A DNA stretch of 64,000 nt from Caecitellus pseudoparvulus (Eukaryota; Protista; Bigyra: Bicosoecida), in the NCBI GenBank assembly GCA_965644315.1, contig CBFFRQ010000055.1:1-64000 (forward strand). Reading direction: 5' to 3'. Of the stretch, positions 45,538 to 55,869 are shown in pieces. Position 1 is the first letter of the stretch. Each line of letters starts with the position of its first letter. The position numbers were made by a program, and so were the translations under genes. The notes beneath the pieces are model-generated. The model saw only the letters and a program-made list of their open reading frames with translations. It had not been told where the DNA came from and ran no database searches.

Positions 45538-46481
45538 ATGTTTCGCATTTTCGGCGCCTCTGGCAAGAAGGCAGCAGAGCCCGAGGGCGCATCGCCCGAG
45601 GACATCACCAAGTCCATCGAGAAGGGGGACAAACGCATCTCAGACTTGGAAAGCAAGGTGAGGCACTGGCGCTCCTCAGGCCGCCGCCCAGGCTTTGGCG
45701 GTGCCCATCTTGGAGCACAGTGCTGCTGGCTCAGGACGTTTCCTGGACATCCTCCACGACACCCCGCCTGCCTGCACTGCACGGCGTGCCCGCTCCCTTG
45801 CGCAGATTGGCAAGTGCAACCAGGAGCTGTTGGCCCTGAAGCAGCAGTTGAAGCGCACAAAGAACCCCGCTGGCCAGCGCGGAGTGCGCATGCGCATGAA
45901 GAATGTAGGTGCCTGGTGCAGGTGGCTTCGCCCGGCTGCCGAGTCTGCACTTTACGGCGCCCACCCCGCAGATCCTGCAACGCCGGCGCATGCTGGAGCA
46001 GCAGCTGAACTTGACGTACAACACCACCAACAGCATGCAGGCGACGGCATACGCCATCGACAACGCCTCCATGATCGCAGACCAGGTGTCCGCCACCAAG
46101 TCAGCCATGGTCACCCTGCGCAAGCAGCACGCAGACATCTCCCTGGACGAGTTGGAGGACATGCAGGACGACATGGCAGACCTGCTGGCGGATTCGGCGG
46201 AGATGTCCGACCTCATGGGGCGCTCCTACGGCCTGCCAGGGGAGCTGGACGAGGGCGACCTGGATGCGGAGCTGGAGGCGCTGGAAGATGAGCTGGCAGG
46301 GGACGCGTTCGGGGAAGGGGCGGGGTACATGGGGGAGGCCCTGCCCGCTGGGGGTGTCCCAGCAGCCTCCGCTGCCTCCATGCCTGCGGGGGGGACCCAC
46401 GCGCCCGCCGTGGCGGAGGCGTCGGGGGGGGGCGGGCTGCAGCTGGATGAATTCGGCGCGCCCGTCGCGACGGCGGTGTAG
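45538..46481 (+). CDS. CHMP5: ESCRT-III Snf7-family protein CHMP5/Vps60, 3 exons
   Basis: MFRIFG, ILQRRRMLEQQL, LEDMQDDMADLL, MGRSYGLP.ELDEGDLDAELEALEDE, C-terminal LDEFG.P. Confidence 0.88.
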
Positions 46482-46501
46482 GCCAATGCACAGCGATGTT
46501 T

Positions 46502-48490
46502 TCACTTCTTGCGCCCCTTCTTGCGCCCCTTCTTGCGCCCCTTCTTGCTCTTTTTCTTCCCAGCTGCCAATGCCACTGCCAGCTCCTCCAGGGGGTTGCT
46601 GGGCAAGAACATGGCAGGCGCCGCGACACTGGGCGCGCCAGACGCCCCACCCGTCACGTCCATCTGATGCATGCCTGCTGGAACGAAGGGGGCCTTGCTG
46701 CTCTTGCCCTTGCCCTTGCCCTTGCTCGCTGCGGTGGAGGGGCGGGCGGAAGCAGAGCGAGGACTGGTGGAGGGCCGCCCCCCGCCACCGCCAGCACTCT
46801 CGGCGCGAGCTGCCGCGTCCGCCGCTTGCAGCTGCATCAGGTGGTAGTCTGGACTGATGCGTTTCACGGCGCTGGGCGTCATGGTCATGGCGCGCTCCAC
46901 CGCCGCCCGGCTCACCCGGAAACCAGTGCGGTGGAACACCGCCAGGGCCTCATCCACATCGTGCTGGGTGGAGCTGGCTGCCGTCTGGGCTGCCTCCTGC
47001 TCCGCCGCCACCATCATGGCTGCCTCCAGAGGCGTCAGGCTAGCTGCAGTGGCGGTGGAGGGGCGGGTGGACAGCATGCCGGCGCCCCAGCTCTGGCTGG
47101 CGACGCGCTCAGTGTACTTGGGGGGGAGATCACCCCCCCCCGGTCCACCCCTGCTGCGCGGCGAGCGCTTCGCAGAGCTGCGCGCGGAGCCTTTGCCGCC
47201 AGCTGGCTTGCGGGGCACGGTGGGGGCGGCAGTGGCCAGGGCGGGGTCCAGGCCTCCTCGGAACACCGGGTCGGGCTTGCGCTGCCGGAACACAGGCGTC
47301 GCGATGGCCCTGGCGGGGAAGCGCTGCCCAGCCCCCACGCCGCCATCTGGCGCAGAGAAGGCGTCCAGCTCACCGCCCTCCTGGCTCACTGTCACGGTGA
47401 GCGGGGGCAGACCCACGCCGCCGCCGCCGCCGCCCAACTGGGCAGAGTCCCCCCCTCCCCACGTGCCCGACCCGACGGTCGGCAGCCCAGCTGCGGCCCC
47501 CGGTGTGCGCGCCCTCGGGGAGGCCGTCCGAGCCCCTGCAGCGGCAGTGCTGCCACGGGGCACCACGACCGGCACTCGCAGGCGCTGTCTGTGCAGGGCA
47601 GCAGAGGTGTCTGCTGTGCCCACAGAGCCCATGGAGGCTATGGAGGCGGCGGTGACGGGGCGGGCAGCCTGGGGCGCGAAGTCTGTCCGGCGAGCGGTGC
47701 GTGGCCCGCCTGTGCTGGGGCGCTGGCTGGGGGTGGGCGGGGGCGTGCGCCGCTCCTCGCCGTCGCTGTCGGAGTCCAGGTGGGCTCGGTGCACTGCAGC
47801 CATGGTGTCTGCCAGGCCTGCCCTGCCAGGGGCCTCCATGGCGCCGGAAATGCCCGCTGCGAAGGTCATGCCCGCCGCCGTGGTGGAGGTGAGGGGGCGG
47901 CGCCGGTTCTCGATGCGCCGTGTCACCTCCTGCTCCAGCGAGCCCTTGGAGCGCTGCCAGGCGGCCAGCGCCCGCTGCATGGAAGCGTCGTTGCGGGCCA
48001 TGACCACTTCCTCCTCGCGGTACTGCTGCCACCTCGCGTTCATGCGGTCCTCGGCGGGCGTCTCTGGCACGTAGTGCACGTAGCCGGCGGCTGTGCGGGG
48101 GCGTGCCGCGGTCGCTGCGACCGCTGAGCTTTGCCTGCGAGCTCCCGCCGCCGCAGCCAGACTCCGGTGGTGCAGCTGCCACTTCACGACTGAGCCTGCC
48201 AGCACTGCGCTTTCTGGGTCGGTCTTGCCCCGCAGCTCTGCGCTGGCGACGCGCTGGGCGTGGGAGGACAGGAGGTCCCGGGTTCGGTAGCGTTTCAAGG
48301 CGTCTCCCCGCGGGACCGGCTCCACGAATGAGCGGGGGATGAGGGAGGCATGGTGGTCCAGCTCGCTCTCCAGGGTGGTTTCCCACGCAGAGACGCGCCG
48401 GGGTGCGGATGAGCTGACGGGGCGCCCCCTCTCGGGGCCGGCATAGTTGCCAGCCCGCGTGGGTGGCAGCACCAGCGTTTTGGTTGCCAT
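46502..48490 (-). CDS. Hypothetical protein with coiled-coil segment and poly-Lys C-terminus
   Basis: Long ORF, likely ATG 48490 (MATKTLVLP); ends LPSNPLEELAVALAAGKKKSKKGRKKGRKKGRKK. Confidence 0.7.
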   Translation of the reverse strand: MATKTLVLPPTRAGNYAGPERGRPVSSSAPRRVSAWETTLESELDHHASLIPRSFVEPVPRGDALKRYRTRDLLSSHAQRVASAELRGKTDPESAVLAGSVVKWQLHHRSLAAAAGARRQSSAVAATAARPRTAAGYVHYVPETPAEDRMNARWQQYREEEVVMARNDASMQRALAAWQRSKGSLEQEVTRRIENRRRPLTSTTAAGMTFAAGISGAMEAPGRAGLADTMAAVHRAHLDSDSDGEERRTPPPTPSQRPSTGGPRTARRTDFAPQAARPVTAASIASMGSVGTADTSAALHRQRLRVPVVVPRGSTAAAGARTASPRARTPGAAAGLPTVGSGTWGGGDSAQLGGGGGGVGLPPLTVTVSQEGGELDAFSAPDGGVGAGQRFPARAIATPVFRQRKPDPVFRGGLDPALATAAPTVPRKPAGGKGSARSSAKRSPRSRGGPGGGDLPPKYTERVASQSWGAGMLSTRPSTATAASLTPLEAAMMVAAEQEAAQTAASSTQHDVDEALAVFHRTGFRVSRAAVERAMTMTPSAVKRISPDYHLMQLQAADAAARAESAGGGGGRPSTSPRSASARPSTAASKGKGKGKSSKAPFVPAGMHQMDVTGGASGAPSVAAPAMFLPSNPLEELAVALAAGKKKSKKGRKKGRKKGRKK
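46505..46548 (-). repeat. 12-bp coding tandem repeat (about 3.7 copies of CTTCTTGCGCCC on +; encodes GRKK)
   Basis: Directly visible. Confidence 0.9.
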
Positions 48491-49048
48491 GGTGCAAGCG
48501 GCCGACCAGAGATGCACGCCGTGCAGGCGGCACGCAGTGGAGTGAGAGGAGCCTGAGTGTTTGTTTTGTGGGATGGCCAGGAGCAGGGGGCTGGGGCTAG
48601 GGCCGGCGGGGAAAGGGGGGCTCGGCAGCACTTGTTGTTTCGAGCGCCTCGCAAGCTTGGCAGGGTTGCGGCACAGCACACAACCCTCTGCGCGCCGTCA
48701 AGAGAAGACACCCGATAGCTTATCACCTGTATTGCTCCGCTTGCTCCTTGTGCCGCCTGACGCGTCTGCCGTCTGTCGCTGCACGGGACGAAGGGGCGCA
48801 GGCGGCTCCGCCGTCGCCTTCGGAGCTTGCTGGCCCTGCCACAGCACCGCGAAGTCAGTGCAGCCAGCGATTGCTGGAGTCGAAGTAGGGCCCACACCTT
48901 GTACATGTACGTCTGTGCAGCCCTTGCTTGCGCCATGAGCGCTGCCCGCAAGGCGCAGCACGCACGGGGGCGCGGCCACGAATCTGCGGAAATCACTCTT
49001 GCCGAAGCTTCCACGTGCCCTGCCGCTTGTGTGCAGCAAGGGCGCAAC

Positions 49049-50214
49049 ATGGCACGCCCCCAAGCCCCTGAAGTAGATGCCCTGGCAGTGGCTGAGCAGC
49101 ACCGCAAGGCCGGCAACACAGCCTTCGTCAAGAAGGACTTCCCCACAGCGCTCACCGCATATTCGACGGGTCTGCAGCACAACCCAGCTTGCCATGTGCG
49201 TGCACCGAGCAGCCGTGGCGTGAGGGCCACCCAGTCCCCGCCACCCACACGCTCCACCTCGCGCAGCTGCTGCTTGGCAACCGCTCCGCAGTGCACGCAC
49301 AGCTCGGAGACTTCGCAGCTGCCCTGGCAGACGCTGACGCTGCGGCAGCTGCCAAGCCGGACTGGCCCAAAGCCCACGTCCGCCGGGCTCTGGCGCTGCA
49401 GGGCCAGGGCCAGTGGCGGGAAGCAGAGCGCGCTCTCGTCGCGGCGCAGGCACTGGACCCCACCTCGGCCTACATCGCGCAGCAACTGGCCAGTGTGCGG
49501 AGCAAGGCCGTCGCTGCGACGCTGCAGGCGCCGTGTGCGACGCTGCACGACTTCCGGACGCTCTTCGCGTCCCTCACGGACGTGCGCCTGAGGCTGGCCA
49601 CACTGGCGACCTTCTGGAACACTGCCAGCCCCAGCACGCGCCACGCCATCTTCGCACAACTGCTGGGGCTGCTGGCGGGCGGCCAGGACGGGGCCTCCTC
49701 CTCAGCGCCGTCCTCCGCGGCGGCATCCGGCGGCGGGGACGCGGTCCCCGCCACCTCCGTGCCCCTGGACGCCAGTGCTGTGCCTCACAGCGCCATGCGA
49801 CCCCTGCCCATGCACAACTACGCTGACGTCAGCGTGCCAGAGCAGTGGGTGGCTTTCTTCACGGATTTGGAGGCTGCGCAGCAGCTGGCCCTGTTTGAGG
49901 CGGCGTGGGGCCTCACCAGCCCTGCCGAGCAGACCCTCATCGTGAACGACTTCAAATTCTTCTTCGGGTCTGCCGGCAGTGCTGGCGGGGTGCCAGGCAT
50001 GGTGCGGTTGGCCGGTTCGGACAAGGCGCCCCCTGTGACGCTGCCCCTGACTCCTGCCATGGCGGCAGAAGCGTCGTCGGGGCGGGGCGGACCAGGGTCT
50101 GCCGCGAGCCAGGCGGCCGCAGTGGCGCTGGGTGCGCCAGAAGGCGGCACGTTGGCGTTGGATGAGACGGGCCAGTACTGGGAGTACACAGCGCCCGCCA
50201 CTGCTGCACAATGA
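49049..50214 (+). CDS. TPR-domain protein (3 TPR, co-chaperone type) with uncharacterised C-terminal domain (intron 49196-49266)
   Basis: RKAGNTAFVKKDFPTALTAYSTGL, LLGNRSAVHAQLGDFAAALADA, PDWPKAHVRRALAL..ALDP. Confidence 0.85.
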
Positions 50215-50357
50215 AGTAAGTCGTAGAGCATGAGGTTCACGGTTGTCCCATTTGCATTGTGGCACTGCAGAGTGTCCTTTGTCCCGCCTTCCTTGCAAAC
50301 GGTGCAGTTAGTGTCGTGCGGAAATTGGGCCCAGGCCATGTCGTGCTCCTCTGGGCC

Positions 50358-52328
50358 ATGAACTGGCGCACGGCTGCAGCACAGAGGCTGGCACTGCTCG
50401 TGGCTTGCATCGGTAGCCTCGTTGGGTGTCATCCCCCTCCCCCACGCCCCTTGCACTTCCCGTTGCTCCGAGCAAGGGCGCAGGCGCCTGGTCAGGGGAT
50501 CGGCGCAGACTGCACGCCCCTTGCCGCACATGCAAGGCAAGGCGCCAGCATACGAGGCACAGGTGCAGTGGGTGGACATGGAGGTGGCTGTGTTGTCCCT
50601 GTCGCCCAGTTCCCTGCGCGCACGCCCCAAGACGCCGACCAGCTCACCGCCGACGAGACACCTGGTGCTTTGATGCGGGAGCTGGGCGCCCTGCACGGCA
50701 GCCAGGAGCTGGGGTACTTCTACACGTACTTGTGGGTGGGCGCACCAGCACAACGTGTCAGTGTCATCGTGGACACGGGATCATTTCTGAGCGCCTGGCC
50801 CTGTGCTGGCTGCCGCAGCTGCGGCACCCGGCACTTGGATGCTCCTTTCAACACCACAGCCAGCAGCTCCGCCGAGCTGCTGCGCTGCAGCAGCCAAGAG
50901 GCGTCTGGCAGGGCGGGCGGAGAAGGGTCGTGTCCCCCTGGAACGCTCTGCCGTGAAGGCAGGTGCACGTACAGTGTGCGGTTCGGCGAGGGCAGCTCCA
51001 TCGCCGGCAGCTTGTGGTCCGACACCGTGCGACTGGGGGAGGCCGCCGACATGCCCCGAGGGAGCGCCCCCGCCGTGCGGCACACCTTTGGCTGCCATAC
51101 AGAAGAGACTGCCCAGTTCCTGGACCAGGCAGCCTCCGGCATTATGGGGCTATCGCGCCGGGCGTCGCGCACTCAGCTGCCCAGCGAGGCGTTTGCCAGC
51201 GGGGCCATTCCGCGCCCCACATACACGCTGTGCGCTGCCACCCAAGGCGGCCAGCTGTCCATGGGACTGCCTGTACAGTGCCCTGTCGGCTCTGAGAATT
51301 GCTTGTCCCTGGACACCCTGCCGAATGCGCGGGGGCGCCTCGCTGTGCGGCTGGCAGCCGTTTCCTTGCTGCCTGCGTCACCAAGCAGCCAGGCGCACGG
51401 CATTGTGGACAGCTCACTCAGCTTGGCAGTGGACCAGGCTGAGCTTGCGTCTGGGAAGGGGGTCATCGTGGACAGCGGGAACACGTTCTCCTTCCTACAC
51501 AGCGGGCTGTGGCGACAACTCACCAAGCAGCTGCAAGAAGCCGCCGTGGCCGCGTGCAGCGCAGGGGCGCTGGCACCCGGCACGTGCACCGTGGTCCCTC
51601 CAGCAACGGTGTGGGCTGCCCGTTCCCCCCTCTGCCTGCGCGTCCCGAGGCCGCGTGGCGCAGAGGGAGGCCTTGATGCCTCCCATCATGAGCCGCTTCC
51701 TGCCGCCGTCGCAGCGGCGCTCCCTGCCATCTCCCTTGGACTTGGACGGCACGGGGAGCACCTCGTCCTCCCTCCTTCAACATACTTTTACAAGTTGACG
51801 CGCCGGGGCGCGGACCGAGCCGGCGCTGGCGCACCGCTTGGCGATGCGACAGGGGTGGGCGGAGTGTGGTGCGTCGGAGTTTTCGACGCGGGCGGAAGCA
51901 AGCCCCGCACGGTGCTGGGCGGCAACTTGCTCGCAAACATTGCGCTCACAGTTGATACATTGACGGGGGAGGCATCCCTTCGTGCCCCAGCGGCGTGCGG
52001 GGGCGCTGCCACGAATAGAACAACTGGTGCGCCACTGATCGTGCGTGGCACAGAAGCCTCGGAGAATCGAACGCAGACTGGCGGTGGGGCGGCAGGGCCG
52101 AGCCACTCTCCGCCTCTCCCGCACACGCACTCAGGCACCCCCGCCGCCGAGCGAGGCCCTGCATCACCAGCCTTCGTCTGGCTGTTGGCTTTCATGCTGT
52201 GCTTCCTCTCGTGCGCTGCACTGGCGACGGCAGCATCGGCAGGAGTCTGTCACCGACAGCGTGGAGCCATGCCTGCCTCACTTGATGCTGATGTGCAAGA
52301 ACTCCGCCGCCCTGAGGCTGGCGTGTAG
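50358..52328 (+). CDS. Membrane-anchored A1 aspartic protease, plasmepsin V/ASP5-like
   Basis: Signal peptide; GYFYTYLWVGAPAQRVSVIVDTGSFLSAWPCAGCRSCG; second motif IVDSGNTFSFL; C-terminal TM FVWLLAFMLCFLSCAALA. Confidence 0.88.
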   Translation: MNWRTAAAQRLALLVACIGSLVGCHPPPPRPLHFPLLRARAQAPGQGIGADCTPLAAHARQGASIRGTGAVGGHGGGCVVPVAQFPARTPQDADQLTADETPGALMRELGALHGSQELGYFYTYLWVGAPAQRVSVIVDTGSFLSAWPCAGCRSCGTRHLDAPFNTTASSSAELLRCSSQEASGRAGGEGSCPPGTLCREGRCTYSVRFGEGSSIAGSLWSDTVRLGEAADMPRGSAPAVRHTFGCHTEETAQFLDQAASGIMGLSRRASRTQLPSEAFASGAIPRPTYTLCAATQGGQLSMGLPVQCPVGSENCLSLDTLPNARGRLAVRLAAVSLLPASPSSQAHGIVDSSLSLAVDQAELASGKGVIVDSGNTFSFLHSGLWRQLTKQLQEAAVAACSAGALAPGTCTVVPPATVWAARSPLCLRVPRPRGAEGGLDASHHEPLPAAVAAALPAISLGLGRHGEHLVLPPSTYFYKLTRRGADRAGAGAPLGDATGVGGVWCVGVFDAGGSKPRTVLGGNLLANIALTVDTLTGEASLRAPAACGGAATNRTTGAPLIVRGTEASENRTQTGGGAAGPSHSPPLPHTHSGTPAAERGPASPAFVWLLAFMLCFLSCAALATAASAGVCHRQRGAMPASLDADVQELRRPEAGV

Positions 52329-52465
52329 CACAGCGAGCGCACTCGTTGCCAGTGCAGGTGGGGCTCTCGGCGGCGCCCTCGTGGCACAGGCTTTGCATTG
52401 CACAACAGGCGCATTCCTGTGCTGCACACACTCAGCGAAGATTAATGCAGACGCGGCTCAGCCCA

Positions 52466-54280
52466 TCAGGGGGCGAAGGCTTCTTCACAACAGCTCGTCG
52501 CGCTGCTGACGGCACGAGGGCGCTTGGTGCCGCCAAGTGGCAGCTCCTCGACAGAACCCTGCTTCTTGAATGCTTTGGCGTGCTTCGCCCAGTTGGAGCG
52601 AGTGAAATACTTGGGGCAGGGCGGGTGCCGGCGGCTGCCCTGGCGGCACTTCGGGTTGCACGTGTGGGAAAAGCCAAAGCAGAACTTCCACTGGTTGTCG
52701 TCACAGGAGTGCACGGAGCGCCCTTCGAAGTGCACAGGCTTCGTCCGAGTGATACAGGTGGCCAGCACCCCTGCAGACGGCAGGCTGACGATGCGGGCCC
52801 GGGTGCACACGCTGCACACCTCGAAGGCCTGCCTGAAGGCCTGCCATGTCATGCGTTGCTCCGCACACTCTGGCGCCAGCACGTGAGGCAGCGCCTTTGC
52901 GGCCATGCGCCGCACCGCTGCGACAGCCGTCGGTGACACCCGTTTACGAGGGCTATCTGGGCTCTTGGATGGGACGGTGGGGTCCCGCGTCGGGCAGTGA
53001 GCTGACCATGTGCTTGATGTGCGCACGATGGGTGACGGGCCACCTGCAACGTCCTCGACGTTAGACATGACTGACGCTGGTGCAGGCGGGGGGCAGTGGA
53101 GAAAGGAGTCCTTCACGACCTTTCCACCCATTGGGGGTCCAGCAGATGTCTGCATGGCCGCGCGCAGAGCGGCGCCGACCTGCAAGGCGCTCGCTGGCAC
53201 TTGCCGCCGCTTCGTACCGCGTGGAAACGTCGTTACTAGCCCTGGCGGCGGCGAAGTCACCGCCTGAGGCAAGTGGAAGGCGCCGCCTGCCGTCATGAAC
53301 CGCCGCCATGTGTCCTGGTTGCTACGCAGCAGGGGTGGGCCGTGCACAAGCGCGAGTGCCGTCAAGCCCAGGGCGTCCAGCGCCAGTTGTGGCTCGCCAG
53401 GTGCACTGGCGATGCCCTCAGCATCGGTGGCCGCAAAAGGCAACGCATACGCCTCGAAGAGCTCCCGCAGCAGCACATCTGAGCAGCCCAGCATGGCTTC
53501 CGTGAACTCGTTGGGCTTGAGGTCCAGGCTGGCTTGCAGCATGCCGCGCGGCAACGTGCCGTGCCCAGAAGTGTGTGGCGCTGGCATGTGCGGCTCGCCG
53601 GTGTGCAGCGTCGCCGAAGCTCCTTGCAGGGAGCCCCAGCCGCCCCCACCTGCCATGTGCAGGGAACCAGGGGGCACGTTCATGTCCTGCATGAAGGTAT
53701 GGGGGTGCAGCCCCCTTGGCTCCTTCAATGGCCGGCTGGGGAGCGCATGCACATGCGAGTTCATGTGGTGAGGCTGGGTGGCAGGAGCAAGTGGCCACTG
53801 ACCAGCGGTTGCTTCCCGGGCCCACGCAGAGGGCGCTTCACCCCAAGCCCGCTGGTGGGGATACCCCCCACATGGTCTGGCACTCTGCCACACCTGCATG
53901 GGCGGGCGCGCTTGCACTGCCGTGGGCGGCGCAGGCCTGTGCCCGGCGCACTCTTGGCTTTGCCCCGCAAATTGAGCTACGGCCGGCCGGGGCTGCGCTG
54001 CAACGTGCGGAGGCGGGCCAGGAAGCCCGAATCCACGCATTGGGGGCGCAGGTCTTGCATGGAAGGCCCGCTGGTGCAGGTGCTGGGGTGCCTGGTGAGC
54101 TCGTGCGGGTGCAAGACAAGGCCAGGTGGCGCCTGGGTCCGCTGGTGATGCACCGCCACCGCCACAGCGCACGCCGGGCATGAACGCCACAGCAGGGGCG
54201 CCAATGCCACTATGAAGTACCCAAGAGTGTCCTTTGGGTGGGGCTTCCGCGTGGAGCGGCGTGGGGGTGACGAGAGCCAT
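52466..54280 (-). CDS. Hypothetical protein with Pro/Gln/His-rich N-terminus and C-terminal Cys/His-rich putative zinc-binding domain
   Basis: ORF 52466-54700, likely ATG 54280; CSVC..HSC..FCFGFSHTCNPKC..HPPCPKYFTRSNWAKH. Confidence 0.65.
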   Translation of the reverse strand: MALVTPTPLHAEAPPKGHSWVLHSGIGAPAVAFMPGVRCGGGGASPADPGATWPCLAPARAHQAPQHLHQRAFHARPAPPMRGFGLPGPPPHVAAQPRPAVAQFAGQSQECAGHRPAPPTAVQARPPMQVWQSARPCGGYPHQRAWGEAPSAWAREATAGQWPLAPATQPHHMNSHVHALPSRPLKEPRGLHPHTFMQDMNVPPGSLHMAGGGGWGSLQGASATLHTGEPHMPAPHTSGHGTLPRGMLQASLDLKPNEFTEAMLGCSDVLLRELFEAYALPFAATDAEGIASAPGEPQLALDALGLTALALVHGPPLLRSNQDTWRRFMTAGGAFHLPQAVTSPPPGLVTTFPRGTKRRQVPASALQVGAALRAAMQTSAGPPMGGKVVKDSFLHCPPPAPASVMSNVEDVAGGPSPIVRTSSTWSAHCPTRDPTVPSKSPDSPRKRVSPTAVAAVRRMAAKALPHVLAPECAEQRMTWQAFRQAFEVCSVCTRARIVSLPSAGVLATCITRTKPVHFEGRSVHSCDDNQWKFCFGFSHTCNPKCRQGSRRHPPCPKYFTRSNWAKHAKAFKKQGSVEELPLGGTKRPRAVSSATSCCEEAFAP

Positions 54281-54828
54281 GGCTCTCGGCGGCAAGCTTC
54301 GTGCTGAGGAAAAATTGGCCTCACCGCGCTGGTGGGCGCATGAACAAGCCGCGGACTCGCTGCAGCTCGTGGGCGACTGGGGATGGTGAGAGGGCGTCCT
54401 GTGCAGGATGGTAGGCTGTTGGAGTGGAGGGGGCGGTCGGCGGTGCGTCGGATTTGCCTGAAGGGGGGGAGTGTGACGCCGCCCGAGCGGCGTCCGCCAA
54501 GTGTGCAGCTGAAACGCCCCCGCCTCCTCCTCGCGCTGACGAGCGAGAGATAGCGAGGGGTGCCAGGCGCTGCCGCATGCGCATGGGGGGCTCGCGCAGG
54601 CCCACCGGCAAGCGCACAGAGGACAGACGTGTGCACTTTGCACTGTGGCGCTGCACAGACGGCAGCGCCCTCCGTGCAAGGCGTCAGCACCCCGCTCCAC
54701 GTCAGCTTGTCAAACTCTGCTGCGAATGGCACTGCACCACCGCCGCATCCTCCTGCAATTGCCCGAGTATCCCACGCGCCGATCTGGGAGGGAGCAGGGA
54801 ATTGAATGGGTCCTTGAACCGGCAGCCC

Positions 54829-55747
54829 ATGGCTGCCACTGGTGTCTGCGATCCCGAGCTGGAGCTGGTGGACCCCACGCCTGACGTGCGGGCGCTCTTC
54901 CTGGCGTTTGACGAGGCGTTTTTCGGCTCCATCTTGGCGGCAGCCGGTGTCGAGGTCAAGTGGGGCTCCCCGCGCATGACCACCTGCGCAGGCTTGTGTG
55001 TGTACAATGCCAGGGCAGGGCTGTGCTCTGTCAGGCTCTCCCCTGCCCTGCTGCCCATGCGTCCCCGAGCGTGAGTGAGGCGCTGGTGCCTGGCCCAAGC
55101 TCAACGCCACCTGCTCCGCCGCCCGCCACAGGGACACCGTGAACACCCTGCTGCACGAGATGGTGCACGCATACCTGTTCGTGACGCAGCAGAACACAGA
55201 CCACGACGGCCACGGCCCTGCCTTCCTCGCCGAGGCCGCCCGTGTCAACGCTGCCGCCGGCTCCAACATCACAGTGTACCACACCTTCCACGACGAGGTG
55301 AACGTGCACAAGACACACTGGTGGCGCTGCAACGGCCCCTGCTCAAGCCGCCCCCCTTACCACGGCTGGGTCAAGCGCGCCATGAACCGCGCGCCAGGGC
55401 CCAACGACTCCTGGTGGGCACGCCACGCGGCGTCATGTGGCGGCACATTTGTGAAGGTGCGTTCCCCGCCGCCCAAGCCGCCCAAGGCGCGCAAAAAGCG
55501 CGGGGAGAAACGCAAGGCACTGCAGGCTGCTGCTGCTGCTGGCTGCGGTGACCTGCGCGCGTTGCTCGCTGCCCCGCCGGAACCCAAGAAGCAGGCAGCT
55601 GAGGGCACGGGGACACGGAAACCGCAGGCAGCTGCGGCGGGCGGGGAGGGGGGTGACGAGGAGGTGGTGCTCGTGCAGTCTCCAGAGCTGCAGGGCTTGC
55701 CCGCTGGAGACGACAGTGACGACAGCAGCGTCGTGGAGGTGGTGTGA
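54829..55747 (+). CDS. SPRTN: SprT-like DNA-protein crosslink protease Spartan (intron 55071-55131)
   Basis: LELVDPTPDVRALF, RMTTCAGLC, TLLHEMVHAYLF (HExxH), HGPAF, YHTFHDEV, HWWRCNGPC..PPYHGWVKRAMNRAP..WW..H..CGGTFVKV. Confidence 0.95.
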
Positions 55748-55869
55748 CGGCGGGAGTGCGAGACCTAGCCTGCCGCAAATGCAATGCACCTGCCAGCACC
55801 TGCAGTGAAGCGGCTTGCCCCTGCTGTGGCTACTGCCTGCATTATCGTGCCTGGGGCGGGGACTGGAGC

